The notes beneath the pieces are model-generated. The model did no database searches. It saw nothing but the letters and a program-made list of their open reading frames with translations, and had not been told where the DNA came from. A DNA stretch of 64,000 nt from Gammaproteobacteria bacterium. Lineage in GTDB: Bacteria; Pseudomonadota; Gammaproteobacteria; JABABF01. Shown here piece by piece: positions 18,450 through 28,645 of this stretch; position 1 is the first letter of the stretch; every line of letters begins with the position of its first letter. The translations under genes were made by a program, and so were the position numbers. The stretch is from NCBI GenBank assembly GCA_965215045.1, contig OZ244031.1, forward strand, positions 1,581,961-1,645,960, read 5' to 3'.

Positions 18450-21400
18450 CAACCGGGGGGCGGACCCTGTTGTGTTTCAGGGGCGCCGCTGCACGGTCCG
18501 ACTTTCGTCTGCGCCGCTTGTTGGAAGCCCCGGAAGCCGCCGCCGTCGGCCTGGAGACCCTGGAGGCGCACTACCTGTACTTCGCCCTGTTCTACACGCC
18601 GCCGTCGGCAGAGCAGCGGCAGCAGCTCATCGAATGCCTGGGAGGGACGACGTCCGGAGACGCTGAAGAGGCGGAAGCCCGGGCGCGGGAAGATGAGTTT
18701 TTTTTCCTGGTCACTCCCCGGGCCGGAACCGTGTCTCCCTGGTCGAGCAAGGCACGGGATATCCTGCACAATTGCGGTCTGTACGAGATTTTGCGCTTGG
18801 AACAGGGCGTGGCCTGGCGCGGGCGCTGTGCTGCGAACGCGGACTGTGAGACGCTCTGGCCCCTGCTGCACGATCGCATGGTGGAGACGGTGCACCGCGG
18901 CCTCGCCGAGGCGGAATCCCTGTTCACCGAGTCTGCGCCCCGTCCGCTGCGGCACATCCCGGTCCTGGAGGGCGGGAAGGAGGCCCTGGATGCCATCGAT
19001 GCAGAGCTGGGGCTGGCCCTGAGTGAGGCGGAGCGGGCCTACCTGTTGCAGGCCTTCGGCGAACTGGGACGCGAGCCCACGGATGCGGAGTTAATGAGTT
19101 TTGCCCAGGTGAATTCCGAACACTGCCGGCACAAGATCTTCAATGCGCGCTGGAAGCGCAACGGCACCCTGGAGCCCCGTTCCCTGTTTGCGATGATTCG
19201 CAACACCATGGATTGTTCGGGCGCGGGGGTGCTGAGTGCCTACGAAGACAATGCGGCGGTGTTCGAGGGCAACCGCGCCCTGCGTTTTTTCCCGGGGGTG
19301 GAAGGGGAGTATCGCAGCGTCCGGGAAGCAGCACCGTTGTTGATCAAGGCGGAGACGCACAATCATCCCACTGCCATTGCGCCTTTCCCGGGCGCCGGTA
19401 CCGGCATCGGCGGGGAACTGCGCGATGAGGCGGCGGTTGGACAGGGTGCCCGCTTCAAGATGGGTCTCTGCGGTTTCAGTGTCTCCCATCTGCGCATTCC
19501 CGGCTATCCGCAGCCCTGGGAGGGGGCCCCGCGCCACCCCCCGCATATCGCCTCCCCGCTGGAGATCATGTTGCAAGGGCCCATTGGCGGTGCCGCCTTC
19601 GGCAATGAATTCGGACGCCCGAACCTGTGCGGCTATTTTCGCAGCTTCGAAATGGAGCGCGATGGCAAGCATTACGGCTACCATAAGCCGATCATGCTGG
19701 CCGGCGGGCTGGGTGCAGTGCGCCCGCAGCACCTGCGTTCCCGGGCACTGCCGGAGAACAGCGAGGTGGTGGTGCTGGGCGGCCCGGCATTGATGCTGGG
19801 ACTGGGTGGCGGGGCGGCCTCTTCACTCGCTTCCGGTGCTGAGCGTCGGGAATTGGATTTCATGTCGGTGCAGCGCCAGAACCCGGAAATGCAACGCCGC
19901 TGCCAGGAGGTGATCGATCGCTGCTGCGCCCTGGGAGCAAACAGCCCGATCGGGCTGCTGCACGATGTCGGTGCCGGCGGCCTGGCCAATGCGCTGTCGG
20001 AACTGGCGCGCGAGGTCGGCGGCGTGCGCGTGGAATTGCGCGCACTCCCCAGCGATGACCCGGCGATGTCGCCACTGGAATTGTTGTGCAACGAGTCCCA
20101 GGAACGCTTCGTGTTGGTACTGAAACCGGGGGGGCGTGCGGCATTCAGCAGGATCTGCGACCGGGAGTGCTGTCCCTGGGCCATCATCGGCAAGACCGGG
20201 GGCGACGCTTTTCATGTGCGGGATGCATTGTTTGACCAGGTTCCGGTCGATCTGCCGCTGTCCCTGCTGTTCGACACCCCGCCCATCCCCGCGCGGACAC
20301 TGGTTGAAACCACCGTCCCCGCACCCGGGGCCCGTTCTGAAACCGGGCCCGATTTGCGCGTGGCGGTGGAGCGGGTGCTGCGCTTTCCCGCCGTGGCCGC
20401 CAAGGACTTCCTGGTCACGATCACCGACCGCAGCGTGGGCGGTATGGTCTGCCGCGACCAAATGGTCGGCCCCTGGCAGACGGCGGTGGCGGATGCGGCC
20501 CTGTGTTGCGACGATTTCACCGGCTTTGGCGGTGCCGCGATGGCGATGGGCGAACGCAGTCCGCTGGCGGTGTACGATGCACCCGCGGCAGCGCGCATGG
20601 CAGTGGGCGAGGCACTGACCAACCTGGCCGGGGTGGAGATCGGCTCCCTGGGGGAGGTGCGCCTGTCGGCGAACTGGATGGCGGCGGCGGGCGACGCCCG
20701 GGAGGAGGAAAATCTGTTTCGCGCCGTGCACAGCCTGGGCATGGAATTGTGTCCGCCACTGAAGATCGCCATCCCGGTCGGCAAGGACTCCCTGTCCATG
20801 CGCACGGCGTGGCGACAGGGAGACGAGGAGTGCGAGGTGATTGCGCCGCTGTCCGTGGTGATCTCCGCCTTCGCCCGGGTGCGCGAGTTGCGTACCGCCC
20901 TGACGCCGCAACTTCTGCCCGCCGGCGGCGACTTGTTCCTGCTCGACCTGGGAGGGGGGCAGGATCGCCTGGGCGGTTCCTGCCTGGCGCAGGTTTTCGG
21001 CGGCGAATGGGGGCCGCCGCCCGACCTGGACTCCGCAGCGCGTCTGCGCGGGGCCTGGGAGGCAATACAGGCATGCGTGGCCCGGGGCCTGCTCAGTGCC
21101 TGTCATGATCGCTCAGACGGCGGCTTGCTGGTCGCTGCCCTGGAGATGGCTTTTGCCGGACGCTGTGGTTTGGAACTGGAGTTGCCCGCAGACAGGGAAG
21201 TGATGCCGGGCCTGTTCAGCGAAGAACTGGGCCTGTTGTTGCAGGTGCCGGCGGTGCACGAGCGGGCGGTGCGTGATCATTTCATCACTGCCGGCCTGGG
21301 AGACTGGCTGCAGCGCATCGGTGGCTGCACCGGGGAAAATACAGTGCAGATCCGGCATCGGGGCGAGCTGCTGTTCCGGGAATCGCGCAGCGTGTTGCAG

Positions 21401-22327
21401 ACTTGGTGGCGGGAGACCAGTTATCGGCTGCAATCCCTGCGGGACCATCCCGGGTGCGCCGCAGAGGAGTACGCGGCCCTGGCGGATGAAGAGGACCCGG
21501 GCCTGCAGTGGCAGCCGGGTTTTAGTCCCCAGGCTCCCGCCCTGGGCGGTGCCCGTCCCCCCTTGGCGATCCTGCGCGAGCAGGGCGTCAACGGGCAGTA
21601 CGAGATGGCGGCGGCCTTTGATCGCGCGGGATTTCGCTGTATCGACGTGCATACCAGTGAACTGCTCTACGGCAAAAGACACATCAGGGATTTTTGTGGA
21701 CTGGCGGTGTGCGGTGGATTTTCCTACGGCGACGTGTTCGGTGCCGGGCGGGGCTGGGCACAGACCATTCTCGCGCATGAGCGGCTGCGCGAGGAATTCC
21801 GCGACTTTTTTCATGACCCCGGGACCTTCAGCTTCGGCGTCTGCAACGGCTGCCAGATGCTCTCGCTGTTGCGCGAACTGATCCCCGGCAGTGCGGGGTG
21901 GCCGCTGTTCACCGGCAATCGCTCCGAGCAGTTTGAAGCGCGCCTGGTGATGGTCGAAGTCCCGGATTCCTCTTCTGTATTGCTGGCGGGCATGGCCGGT
22001 GCCCGCCTGCCGGTCCCGGTGGCGCACGCCGAGGGCCGGGTGCAATTCGGTGCGGGCGATAGCCTGGAGGAACTTGCGCGCAGTCGCCGGGTCGCACTGC
22101 GTTACGTGGACAACCGGGGGGCGGTTACCGAGCACTACCCCTGTAATCCCAACGGTTCGGAAGGCGGGTTGACCGGCGTCAGCAGTGCCGATGGCCGGGT
22201 CACCCTGATGATGCCGCATCCCGAACGCGCTTTCCGGTGCCTGCAATTTTCCTGGGCACCGCCCGCTGCGGAAGAGGAGAGCCCGTGGATGCAGCTGTTT
22301 TACAACGCCCGGCGTTTTGTCGCTTGA
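18446..22327 (+). CDS. purL: Phosphoribosylformylglycinamidine synthase (single-chain large PurL)
   Basis: About 1293 aa from GTG 18446, which overlaps the tadA stop (GTGA). N-terminal PurS-like region, FGAM synthetase domains and C-terminal glutaminase (GVCNGCQM). The ORF-track upstream extension has no homology. Confidence 0.9.
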   Translation: MTTGGRTLLCFRGAAARSDFRLRRLLEAPEAAAVGLETLEAHYLYFALFYTPPSAEQRQQLIECLGGTTSGDAEEAEARAREDEFFFLVTPRAGTVSPWSSKARDILHNCGLYEILRLEQGVAWRGRCAANADCETLWPLLHDRMVETVHRGLAEAESLFTESAPRPLRHIPVLEGGKEALDAIDAELGLALSEAERAYLLQAFGELGREPTDAELMSFAQVNSEHCRHKIFNARWKRNGTLEPRSLFAMIRNTMDCSGAGVLSAYEDNAAVFEGNRALRFFPGVEGEYRSVREAAPLLIKAETHNHPTAIAPFPGAGTGIGGELRDEAAVGQGARFKMGLCGFSVSHLRIPGYPQPWEGAPRHPPHIASPLEIMLQGPIGGAAFGNEFGRPNLCGYFRSFEMERDGKHYGYHKPIMLAGGLGAVRPQHLRSRALPENSEVVVLGGPALMLGLGGGAASSLASGAERRELDFMSVQRQNPEMQRRCQEVIDRCCALGANSPIGLLHDVGAGGLANALSELAREVGGVRVELRALPSDDPAMSPLELLCNESQERFVLVLKPGGRAAFSRICDRECCPWAIIGKTGGDAFHVRDALFDQVPVDLPLSLLFDTPPIPARTLVETTVPAPGARSETGPDLRVAVERVLRFPAVAAKDFLVTITDRSVGGMVCRDQMVGPWQTAVADAALCCDDFTGFGGAAMAMGERSPLAVYDAPAAARMAVGEALTNLAGVEIGSLGEVRLSANWMAAAGDAREEENLFRAVHSLGMELCPPLKIAIPVGKDSLSMRTAWRQGDEECEVIAPLSVVISAFARVRELRTALTPQLLPAGGDLFLLDLGGGQDRLGGSCLAQVFGGEWGPPPDLDSAARLRGAWEAIQACVARGLLSACHDRSDGGLLVAALEMAFAGRCGLELELPADREVMPGLFSEELGLLLQVPAVHERAVRDHFITAGLGDWLQRIGGCTGENTVQIRHRGELLFRESRSVLQTWWRETSYRLQSLRDHPGCAAEEYAALADEEDPGLQWQPGFSPQAPALGGARPPLAILREQGVNGQYEMAAAFDRAGFRCIDVHTSELLYGKRHIRDFCGLAVCGGFSYGDVFGAGRGWAQTILAHERLREEFRDFFHDPGTFSFGVCNGCQMLSLLRELIPGSAGWPLFTGNRSEQFEARLVMVEVPDSSSVLLAGMAGARLPVPVAHAEGRVQFGAGDSLEELARSRRVALRYVDNRGAVTEHYPCNPNGSEGGLTGVSSADGRVTLMMPHPERAFRCLQFSWAPPAAEEESPWMQLFYNARRFVA

Positions 22328-22356
22328 GCACCCGGGTCTGAGGGGGCGGGACGGCA

Positions 22357-23172
22357 GTGCCGGAACTGCCTGAAGTCGAGACCACCCGGCGCGGGATTGC
22401 GCCGCATCTCCTGGGCCAGCGGGTCGAAGCCGTGCACCTGCGCTGCCCGCGCCTGCGGCGCCCGGTGACCCGCGGCTTGCGGGGGATGCTCACCGGCCAG
22501 ACCATCGAGGCCGTGCACAGGCGCGCCAAGTACCTGCTGCTGCGCATGGAACGGGGCACCTTGTTGTTGCACCTGGGCATGTCCGGCACGCTGCGTATCC
22601 TGCTGCAGACCGGGGAACCCGGGCCGCACGACCACCTGGACCTGCGACTGGAAAACGGCAGCATCCTGCGTTTCAAGGACCCGCGACGCTTCGGCATCGT
22701 GCTGTGGCTCAAGAGTGACCCGCTGCGCCACCCGCTGCTGCGCTCCCTGGGGCCGGAGCCCCTGTCCCGGGATTTTGACGGTGAATACCTGTACCAGCGT
22801 TCCCGGGGACGCCGGCAGGCGGTCAAGCCTTTTCTCATGGACTCCCGCGTGGTGGCGGGGGTGGGCAATATCTATGCGGGTGAGGCACTGTTTGCCGCGG
22901 GCATTCATCCGGCCCGGGCCGCCGGGCGCATCAGCCGCCGGCGTTACCTGCGCCTGGCGCGGGCACTGCAAGGCGTTTTACAGCGCGCCATCGATGCGGG
23001 GGGCACCACCCTGCGCGATTTTGTCGGCGGTGACGGTCGCCCCGGTTACTTTCGCATCGCCCTGCAGGTGTACGGCAGGGAGGGACAGGCTTGTGCCAGC
23101 TGCGCCACTTCCCTGCGCACCCTGCGCTTGGGTCAGCGTTCCACGGTCTTCTGTCCCGTGTGCCAGAGATAG
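22357..23172 (+). CDS. mutM: Formamidopyrimidine-DNA glycosylase
   Basis: N-terminal [12 protein letters not shown] and C-terminal zinc finger [25 protein letters not shown]. Confidence 0.9.
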   Translation: MPELPEVETTRRGIAPHLLGQRVEAVHLRCPRLRRPVTRGLRGMLTGQTIEAVHRRAKYLLLRMERGTLLLHLGMSGTLRILLQTGEPGPHDHLDLRLENGSILRFKDPRRFGIVLWLKSDPLRHPLLRSLGPEPLSRDFDGEYLYQRSRGRRQAVKPFLMDSRVVAGVGNIYAGEALFAAGIHPARAAGRISRRRYLRLARALQGVLQRAIDAGGTTLRDFVGGDGRPGYFRIALQVYGREGQACASCATSLRTLRLGQRSTVFCPVCQR

Positions 23173-23282
23173 GAGCGGAACCGGCACCCCGGTCGGGACT
23201 TCGGTGTGCCCCGTGTGCCGGGGGCGGCGGCGAGACACCGCAGCTGGATTAGCGATTACAATAGCCACTCTCCACCGGAGGT

Positions 23283-23648
23283 TTGAACATGCGGTCCGTG
23301 GTTCGTAGTTTTGTGTTGGGCGTCGCGCTGTTTTGCAGTGCGGTTTTTTCTCCGTCGGGCCTGGCCCAGGAGGCACCGGAGCAATATAAATCGCCCGCTG
23401 CCGCCGAGATGGCACTGGACCTGGTGCTGTTGCGCCCGCTGTTGCTGGGGGCCACGGTGGTCGGGTCGGGGCTGTTTGTCGCCGCCCTGCCTTTTACCCT
23501 GCCCAGCGGCAGCACCGGGGACGCCGCCCGGGAATTGGTGGCTGTGCCTTTTCACTCCACCTTCCTGCGCTGCCTGGGCTGCACCAGGGTGGACCTGGCG
23601 CGGCGGGAAGAACAGCGGCGGCAACAGCAGCAGCAACAGCAGGAATAA
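23283..23648 (+). CDS. Hypothetical small secreted/membrane protein with C-terminal poly-Gln tail
   Basis: 121 aa with a signal-like N-terminus, a second hydrophobic segment, and a C-terminal REEQRRQQQQQQQE. Confidence 0.35.
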   Translation: MNMRSVVRSFVLGVALFCSAVFSPSGLAQEAPEQYKSPAAAEMALDLVLLRPLLLGATVVGSGLFVAALPFTLPSGSTGDAARELVAVPFHSTFLRCLGCTRVDLARREEQRRQQQQQQQE

Positions 23649-23659
23649 TCCCGCCGGGT

Positions 23660-25411
23660 TCAGAGCCCGGCAGCAGTACCTTCGCGCCGCGGGTCCGCCA
23701 CACCGAGCAGGGCCCCGGTGCGGATCTCGATCGCGTGCACTCCGCTGGAATGCCGCCGTTCCACGACCGTATGTCCCAGCCCCTGCAAGCCGGCCTGCAG
23801 GGCGGCCGGGTAGCGTCCCTGTTCGAGTTCCAGCCGGGCTCCATTGCGGTGCACCACGTGTCCCGATTGCAGGGCTTCGGCCAGGCTGGCGCGTCCTTCC
23901 AGGTACAGCCACAGGATGCGCGCCACGTAATCGATAATGCGCGCTCCCCCGGGAGAACCGATCAGCAACACCGGTCGCCCCTCCTGCAACACGATGGTCG
24001 GTGCCATGGAACTGCGCGGTCGTTTACCGGCCTGCGGGCGATTGGCGATCGCCTCTCCCTGTGCCGATGCGGGGATGAAGCTGAAGTCCGTCAGCTGCTG
24101 GTTTAGCAGGAAGCCCCGTACCAGGATGCGCGAGCCGAAGGCGCCCTCGATGGAACTGGTCATGCTGATCGCATTGCCGTGGCGATCGATAAGGGAGAGG
24201 TGCGTGGTGGAAGGGCTGTCCCGCTCTGCGCTGGACGCCTGGCGCGAAAACGGCGGGGCGTCGCCGGGAGATGCTTGCTGCATTGCCTGTTGCGCTTTGA
24301 TCTGTGCAGCCCGCCGCCGCAGGTATTCCCGGTTCAGCAGGCTCGCCGTCGGCACGGCGACAAAGTCGGGGTCGGCGAGGTAGGTGTTGCGATCGGCGAA
24401 GGCGAGGCGGGAGGCCTCGGCAAACAGGTGCAGGCCGGCGAACGAATCGGGGGACAGTTTGCGGGTGTCAAAGTTCTGCAGAATGCCGAGAATTGCGAGC
24501 ACGGTACTGCCTCCGGAAGAGGGCGGCGGCATGCCGCAAACCCGGTAGTCGCGGAATTCCCGGCACAGCGGTTCCGCCTCCAGCACCCGGTAGTCGGCCA
24601 GGTCTTGCGCCTGCAGCAGGCCGGGACGCAGCGGGTCTTCGCGCACCGCCCGCACGATGTCGGCGGCAATTTCGCCGCGGTAAAAAGTCTCGGCACCGTG
24701 CCGGGCGAATTCGCGCAGGGTGTCCGCGTATTCCGGGTTTTTGAGCATGGTGCCGACCGCCAGTGCCTGGCCATCGGCGTCCAGGAGATAATTGCGCAGC
24801 GAGGGATGGGCGCCGATCTGCGGGACATAGCGCAGCAGCAGGTTCAGGCGGGGAGAGACGGGGAAGCCCTGCCGGGCCAGGCGAATGGCGGGGGTAAAAA
24901 GAGAGCGCCAGCCCAGGCGACCGTGCCGCTGATGCAATTGTTCCAGCAGTGCCGGCACGCCGGGCACGCCGACGGAATGACCGCCGATAGCGGCCTCCCG
25001 GAAGGACATGGCCTTGCCGGCTGCATCGAGAAAATGCTTTTCCCGCAGGGCGGCGGGAGCGGTCTCGCGGCCGTTGTACGCGTACAGTCTTTTCTGTTGC
25101 GCGTCCCAGTAGAGCACGAAAGCACCGCCGCCCAGGCCCGAGGACTGGGGCTCCACCAGGCCCAGGACCAGCTGCGCCGCAATGGCGGCGTCGGCGGCAC
25201 TGCCGCCTCTTTTCAGGATGGCAAACGCCGCCTGCGTGGCATGCGGATTGGCGGTCGCCGCCATGAATTCCCGGCCGCGTGCAACGGACAGCTCTGCCCG
25301 GGAGGGGCTGGCGGCCTCCGGTGCCCGCTGTTCATCCGCTGCAAAGGCCGGTGAGAGGGGAAGCAGGCAGGGGAGAAGAACGTAGGCGAGTGCTCGCAGG
25401 CTGCGGTTCAT
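23660..25411 (-). CDS. ggt: Gamma-glutamyltranspeptidase
   Basis: Start at the internal Met (MNRSLRALAYVLL...AFA signal). GGT family motifs including the autoprocessing Thr region. The ATG overlaps the coaD stop by 4 nt. Confidence 0.85.
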   Translation of the reverse strand: MNRSLRALAYVLLPCLLPLSPAFAADEQRAPEAASPSRAELSVARGREFMAATANPHATQAAFAILKRGGSAADAAIAAQLVLGLVEPQSSGLGGGAFVLYWDAQQKRLYAYNGRETAPAALREKHFLDAAGKAMSFREAAIGGHSVGVPGVPALLEQLHQRHGRLGWRSLFTPAIRLARQGFPVSPRLNLLLRYVPQIGAHPSLRNYLLDADGQALAVGTMLKNPEYADTLREFARHGAETFYRGEIAADIVRAVREDPLRPGLLQAQDLADYRVLEAEPLCREFRDYRVCGMPPPSSGGSTVLAILGILQNFDTRKLSPDSFAGLHLFAEASRLAFADRNTYLADPDFVAVPTASLLNREYLRRRAAQIKAQQAMQQASPGDAPPFSRQASSAERDSPSTTHLSLIDRHGNAISMTSSIEGAFGSRILVRGFLLNQQLTDFSFIPASAQGEAIANRPQAGKRPRSSMAPTIVLQEGRPVLLIGSPGGARIIDYVARILWLYLEGRASLAEALQSGHVVHRNGARLELEQGRYPAALQAGLQGLGHTVVERRHSSGVHAIEIRTGALLGVADPRREGTAAGL

Positions 25412-25896
25412 CGAGCTTGTTTTTTTTGCAGGGCCGCGTGTACTGCCTGGGGCACGAAAGCACTGATGTCGCCATCCAGGAAGGCGATCTCCCGCACCAG
25501 GGTGGAAGAGAGGTCGGCAAATTGCGGGGCGGGCGTCATAAACACGGTATCGAATTCGGCGAACAGGGTGCGGTTCATGTTTGCCATTTGCATTTCGTAG
25601 GTAAAGTCCGTCGTGTTGCGCACGCCGCGCAGCACGGTATGGATGCCCTGTTCCCTGGCGAATTGTGTGATCAGTCCACGGCACTCTTTGACTTCGACCG
25701 CGTCCAGGTGGGCGAGTGAGTCGCGCGTGATCTGCACCCGCTCCTCCGGGCTGAACAGTACGTGTTTGCCGGTATTGTGCGCCACTGCCACCAGGACGCG
25801 GTCAAAGAGCCGGGTGGCGCGTTCCACCAGGTTCACGTGGCCGGAGGTCAGCGGGTCAAAACTGCCCGGGTAAATAATGTCGCCCATGTTTTTCAT
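25408..25896 (-). CDS. coaD: Phosphopantetheine adenylyltransferase
   Basis: MKNMGDIIYPGSFDPLTSGHVNLVERA is the canonical CoaD N-terminus (T/HxGH). Confidence 0.9.
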   Translation of the reverse strand: MKNMGDIIYPGSFDPLTSGHVNLVERATRLFDRVLVAVAHNTGKHVLFSPEERVQITRDSLAHLDAVEVKECRGLITQFAREQGIHTVLRGVRNTTDFTYEMQMANMNRTLFAEFDTVFMTPAPQFADLSSTLVREIAFLDGDISAFVPQAVHAALQKKQAR

Positions 25897-25897
25897 T

Positions 25898-26470
25898 TTA
25901 GCAGTCCGTTCGGCGGTAGAGTACACCCTGCACCTCGCCGCTGTAAGCCCGGCGTTGTCGCCGCCACTCCCGCGGCACGGGCAGGGCCTCGCCGCGCGGG
26001 CCTTCCAAGTAGATCAGAGCATTTTCACCCAGCAGTTCCGAGCCCTGCAGCAGGGTGCAGTACCGCGCCCGGTCGGGATCATCAAAAGGGGGGTCCAAGA
26101 AAACGATCTGGAAGGCGGGCTGGGCTGCCGGGTGCCGCAGCCAGCGCTCCGCCGGGGCGCAGTGCAGGCTGGCCTCTGCGCCCAGGGCTTGCAGTTGCCG
26201 CTCCAGGTGTCGTACCGTGGCAAGCCGGGCGTCGACCATGGTCAGCGCGTCGGCACCGCGCGAGAGAGCTTCCAGTCCCAGGGCACCGCTGCCGGCAAAC
26301 AGGTCCAGGCAGCGGCTGCCAACGATTTCCGGTGCCAGCCAGTTGAACAGGGTTTCACGCAGCCTGGCCGGCGTGGGGCGCAGTGTGCCGTGCGTCGGCA
26401 CGGGGATGTTGCGTCCGCGCCATTTGCCGGCGATGATCCTGATTTTTCCGGGTGGCGGCGCGGGTGGCAT
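25898..26470 (-). CDS. rsmD: 16S rRNA (guanine966-N2)-methyltransferase
   Basis: IRIIAGKWRGRNIPV...LDLFAGSGALGLEALSRGA is RsmD-like SAM-MTase. Conserved rsmD-coaD pairing. Confidence 0.8.
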   Translation of the reverse strand: MPPAPPPGKIRIIAGKWRGRNIPVPTHGTLRPTPARLRETLFNWLAPEIVGSRCLDLFAGSGALGLEALSRGADALTMVDARLATVRHLERQLQALGAEASLHCAPAERWLRHPAAQPAFQIVFLDPPFDDPDRARYCTLLQGSELLGENALIYLEGPRGEALPVPREWRRQRRAYSGEVQGVLYRRTDC

Positions 26471-26595
26471 GGGTGGGCGGGGATGCGGGGAGTCGGCGGT
26501 CCGCGGGCGGAGTTTTACAGTATGCGCTCCGCGGCTTTGGTGAATGCACTATTATTATGTGCGATGCGAGACATGCTAAACCCGGGCGGGATGGA

Positions 26596-27291
26596 ATGAT
26601 GGATGGAACGGGATCAGAGGTTCGCTTTGAAAAAGTGAGCAAGCGCTACGGCAGGCGCGATGCACTCTGCGAGGTGAACCTTTGCATCGGTGCCGGGGAG
26701 ATGTTTTTTCTGACCGGGCATTCCGGGGCGGGCAAGAGCACGCTGATGCGGCTGATCGCGCTGATCGAACAGCCGACCGGGGGCCGGGTACTGGTCGGCG
26801 GCAAGAACCTGGGCCGCATCGGGGGCCGGGGCGTACCGGCGTTTCGCCGCAGCATCGGCCTGGTCTTCCAGAATCACCACCTGCTCCCCGAGCACAGCGT
26901 CTTCGACAACGTGGCCCTGCCGTTGCTGGTGGCGGGACACAGTGCCCGAAAAACCCGCCAGCGGGTGCTGGCCATCCTGGACCAGGTCGGCCTGCTGGAC
27001 CGGAGCAAACAACTCCCGGCCTCCCTTTCGGCCGGAGAGCAACAGCGCGTCGGCATCGCCCGCGCCGTGATCGCCCGGCCAAAAATTATCCTGGCGGATG
27101 AACCGACCGGAAACCTGGATGCGGAGTTGTCGCGCGATATCCTGCACCTGTTTGAGCGGTTTCACCAGGCGGGCGCCACGGTGCTGGTCGCCACCCATGA
27201 TATGTCGCTGGTGCAGGATCTGCCGCACGCGGTGTTGCAGTTGGAACACGGCGTCTTGGTAGACGGGCAAGAGGGCACCGCAGGGAACTGA
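26596..27291 (+). CDS. ftsE: Cell division ATP-binding protein FtsE
   Basis: Start at [19 protein letters not shown]. Walker [13 protein letters not shown] signature [14 protein letters not shown]. Confidence 0.9.
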   Translation: MMDGTGSEVRFEKVSKRYGRRDALCEVNLCIGAGEMFFLTGHSGAGKSTLMRLIALIEQPTGGRVLVGGKNLGRIGGRGVPAFRRSIGLVFQNHHLLPEHSVFDNVALPLLVAGHSARKTRQRVLAILDQVGLLDRSKQLPASLSAGEQQRVGIARAVIARPKIILADEPTGNLDAELSRDILHLFERFHQAGATVLVATHDMSLVQDLPHAVLQLEHGVLVDGQEGTAGN

Positions 27292-27292
27292 G

Positions 27293-28399
27293 ATGGCGCG
27301 GCGGACCGGCAAGGATTCTTTTTTTCGCTTCCTGGCGGGCGGCGCGCGGAAAAAAAGAAGGGCACACGGTGCGCGGCAGTCCCGCGCAAGCGCGGCCGCC
27401 AAGCGCGTCTCTGCGCGGCGTCGCCAGGTCCGTCGCGCACATACCCGGGTCTCCGTCCCGGGTTTTTCCTCCAGGTTCCTGGCCTGGCTGCGACATCATA
27501 GTGCTTCGCTGGGCGATGGCCTGTACCGCCTGGGAAGCCAGCCCGTACCCACCCTGTTGAATTGCCTGGGGATCGGTATTGCACTCGCCCTGCCGCTGCT
27601 GCTCTACCTGGGCTTGGACAACCTGCAGAGGTTGAGTCATGACTGGGACCAGGGGGGTGGCATTTCCGTGTTTTTGCGTTCCGATATCGATGCGGATGCC
27701 GGTGAGCGGCTGGCGGAACGGGTTCGTTCCTGGAGGGGTGTGGGTGCCGTGCGCTACCAGGGCCGGTCGGAGTCCCTGGCGGAATTCCGCAGCTGGTCGG
27801 GTCTGGGGGATGTCCTGGATGGTCTCAGGGAAAATCCGCTGCCGCCGCTGCTGATCGTTCTGGCTGCAGATGTGGCACCGGAAGCCAACGTACTGGAACG
27901 CCTGCGCTTGGAACTGGATGCCCTGCCGGAGGCCGACAGTGCCCGCGCCGACCTGGAATGGGTGCGCCGGCTGCATGAGTTCACCGTGCTGGCACAGCGC
28001 ATGGTTTTTGCCCTGGCGGCCCTGCTGGGATTCGGTGCCCTGCTGGCGGTGGTCAACAATACCCGCCTGATGATCGTCGGTCGCCGCGAAGAGATCGTGG
28101 TAGTCAAGCTGGTGGGCGGCACCGTCGCCTACGTGCGGCGTCCTTTTCTCTATTGCGGGCTGCTGTACGGACTGGGAGGTGCCGCCATGGCCTGGTTGCT
28201 CAGCACGGCCGGCATTGCCTGGCTGAAACAGCCGGTGCAGAACCTGGCGGACTTGTATGGCAGTGATTTCGTGATTGAGGGATTATCCTGGCGCTATGTG
28301 CTGTTGTTGTTCGGCGGTATGGCACTGCTGGGTCTGTCCGGTGCATGGCTGGCGGTGGTGCGCTACATCGAGAGCATTGAAATCGACTTCGATCACTGA
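27293..28399 (+). CDS. ftsX: Cell division permease FtsX (Arg-rich N-terminal extension)
   Basis: Four C-terminal TM helices with a periplasmic loop. Immediately follows ftsE. Confidence 0.8.
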   Translation: MARRTGKDSFFRFLAGGARKKRRAHGARQSRASAAAKRVSARRRQVRRAHTRVSVPGFSSRFLAWLRHHSASLGDGLYRLGSQPVPTLLNCLGIGIALALPLLLYLGLDNLQRLSHDWDQGGGISVFLRSDIDADAGERLAERVRSWRGVGAVRYQGRSESLAEFRSWSGLGDVLDGLRENPLPPLLIVLAADVAPEANVLERLRLELDALPEADSARADLEWVRRLHEFTVLAQRMVFALAALLGFGALLAVVNNTRLMIVGRREEIVVVKLVGGTVAYVRRPFLYCGLLYGLGGAAMAWLLSTAGIAWLKQPVQNLADLYGSDFVIEGLSWRYVLLLFGGMALLGLSGAWLAVVRYIESIEIDFDH

Positions 28400-28585
28400 G
28401 GGAACTTGAGCGAGGCCGCGGGGGAGCGCGCGGTGATTTGACGGCACTGTTTTCTTGGGGAACTGCGGGGGAGCACGCGGTGATTTGACGGCACTGCTTT
28501 CTTGGGGAACTGCGGAGGAGTGCGCGGTGATTTGACGACTGCCTCCCTGGGAAACTGCGGGGGAGCGCACTGCCGGAGGGGGGTG
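28400..28585. repeat. About 47-bp imperfect tandem repeat, 3 copies plus 1 partial, between ftsX and comEC
   Basis: Copies start near 28400, 28457, 28504 and 28549. Shared core GGGAACTGCGGGGGAGCRCGCGGTGATTTGACGRCACTG. Confidence 0.8.
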
Positions 28586-28645
28586 CTAAAGTACTGGCAA
28601 GCACGGTTCTGAGGAGAGAGTTTTTCCCCGCCAGGGAGGGGATGG

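Noticed and set aside
25412-25684. N-terminal extension of the ggt ORF
   Set aside because: The signal peptide begins at the internal Met (MNRSLRALAYVLL), and the extension overlaps coaD.
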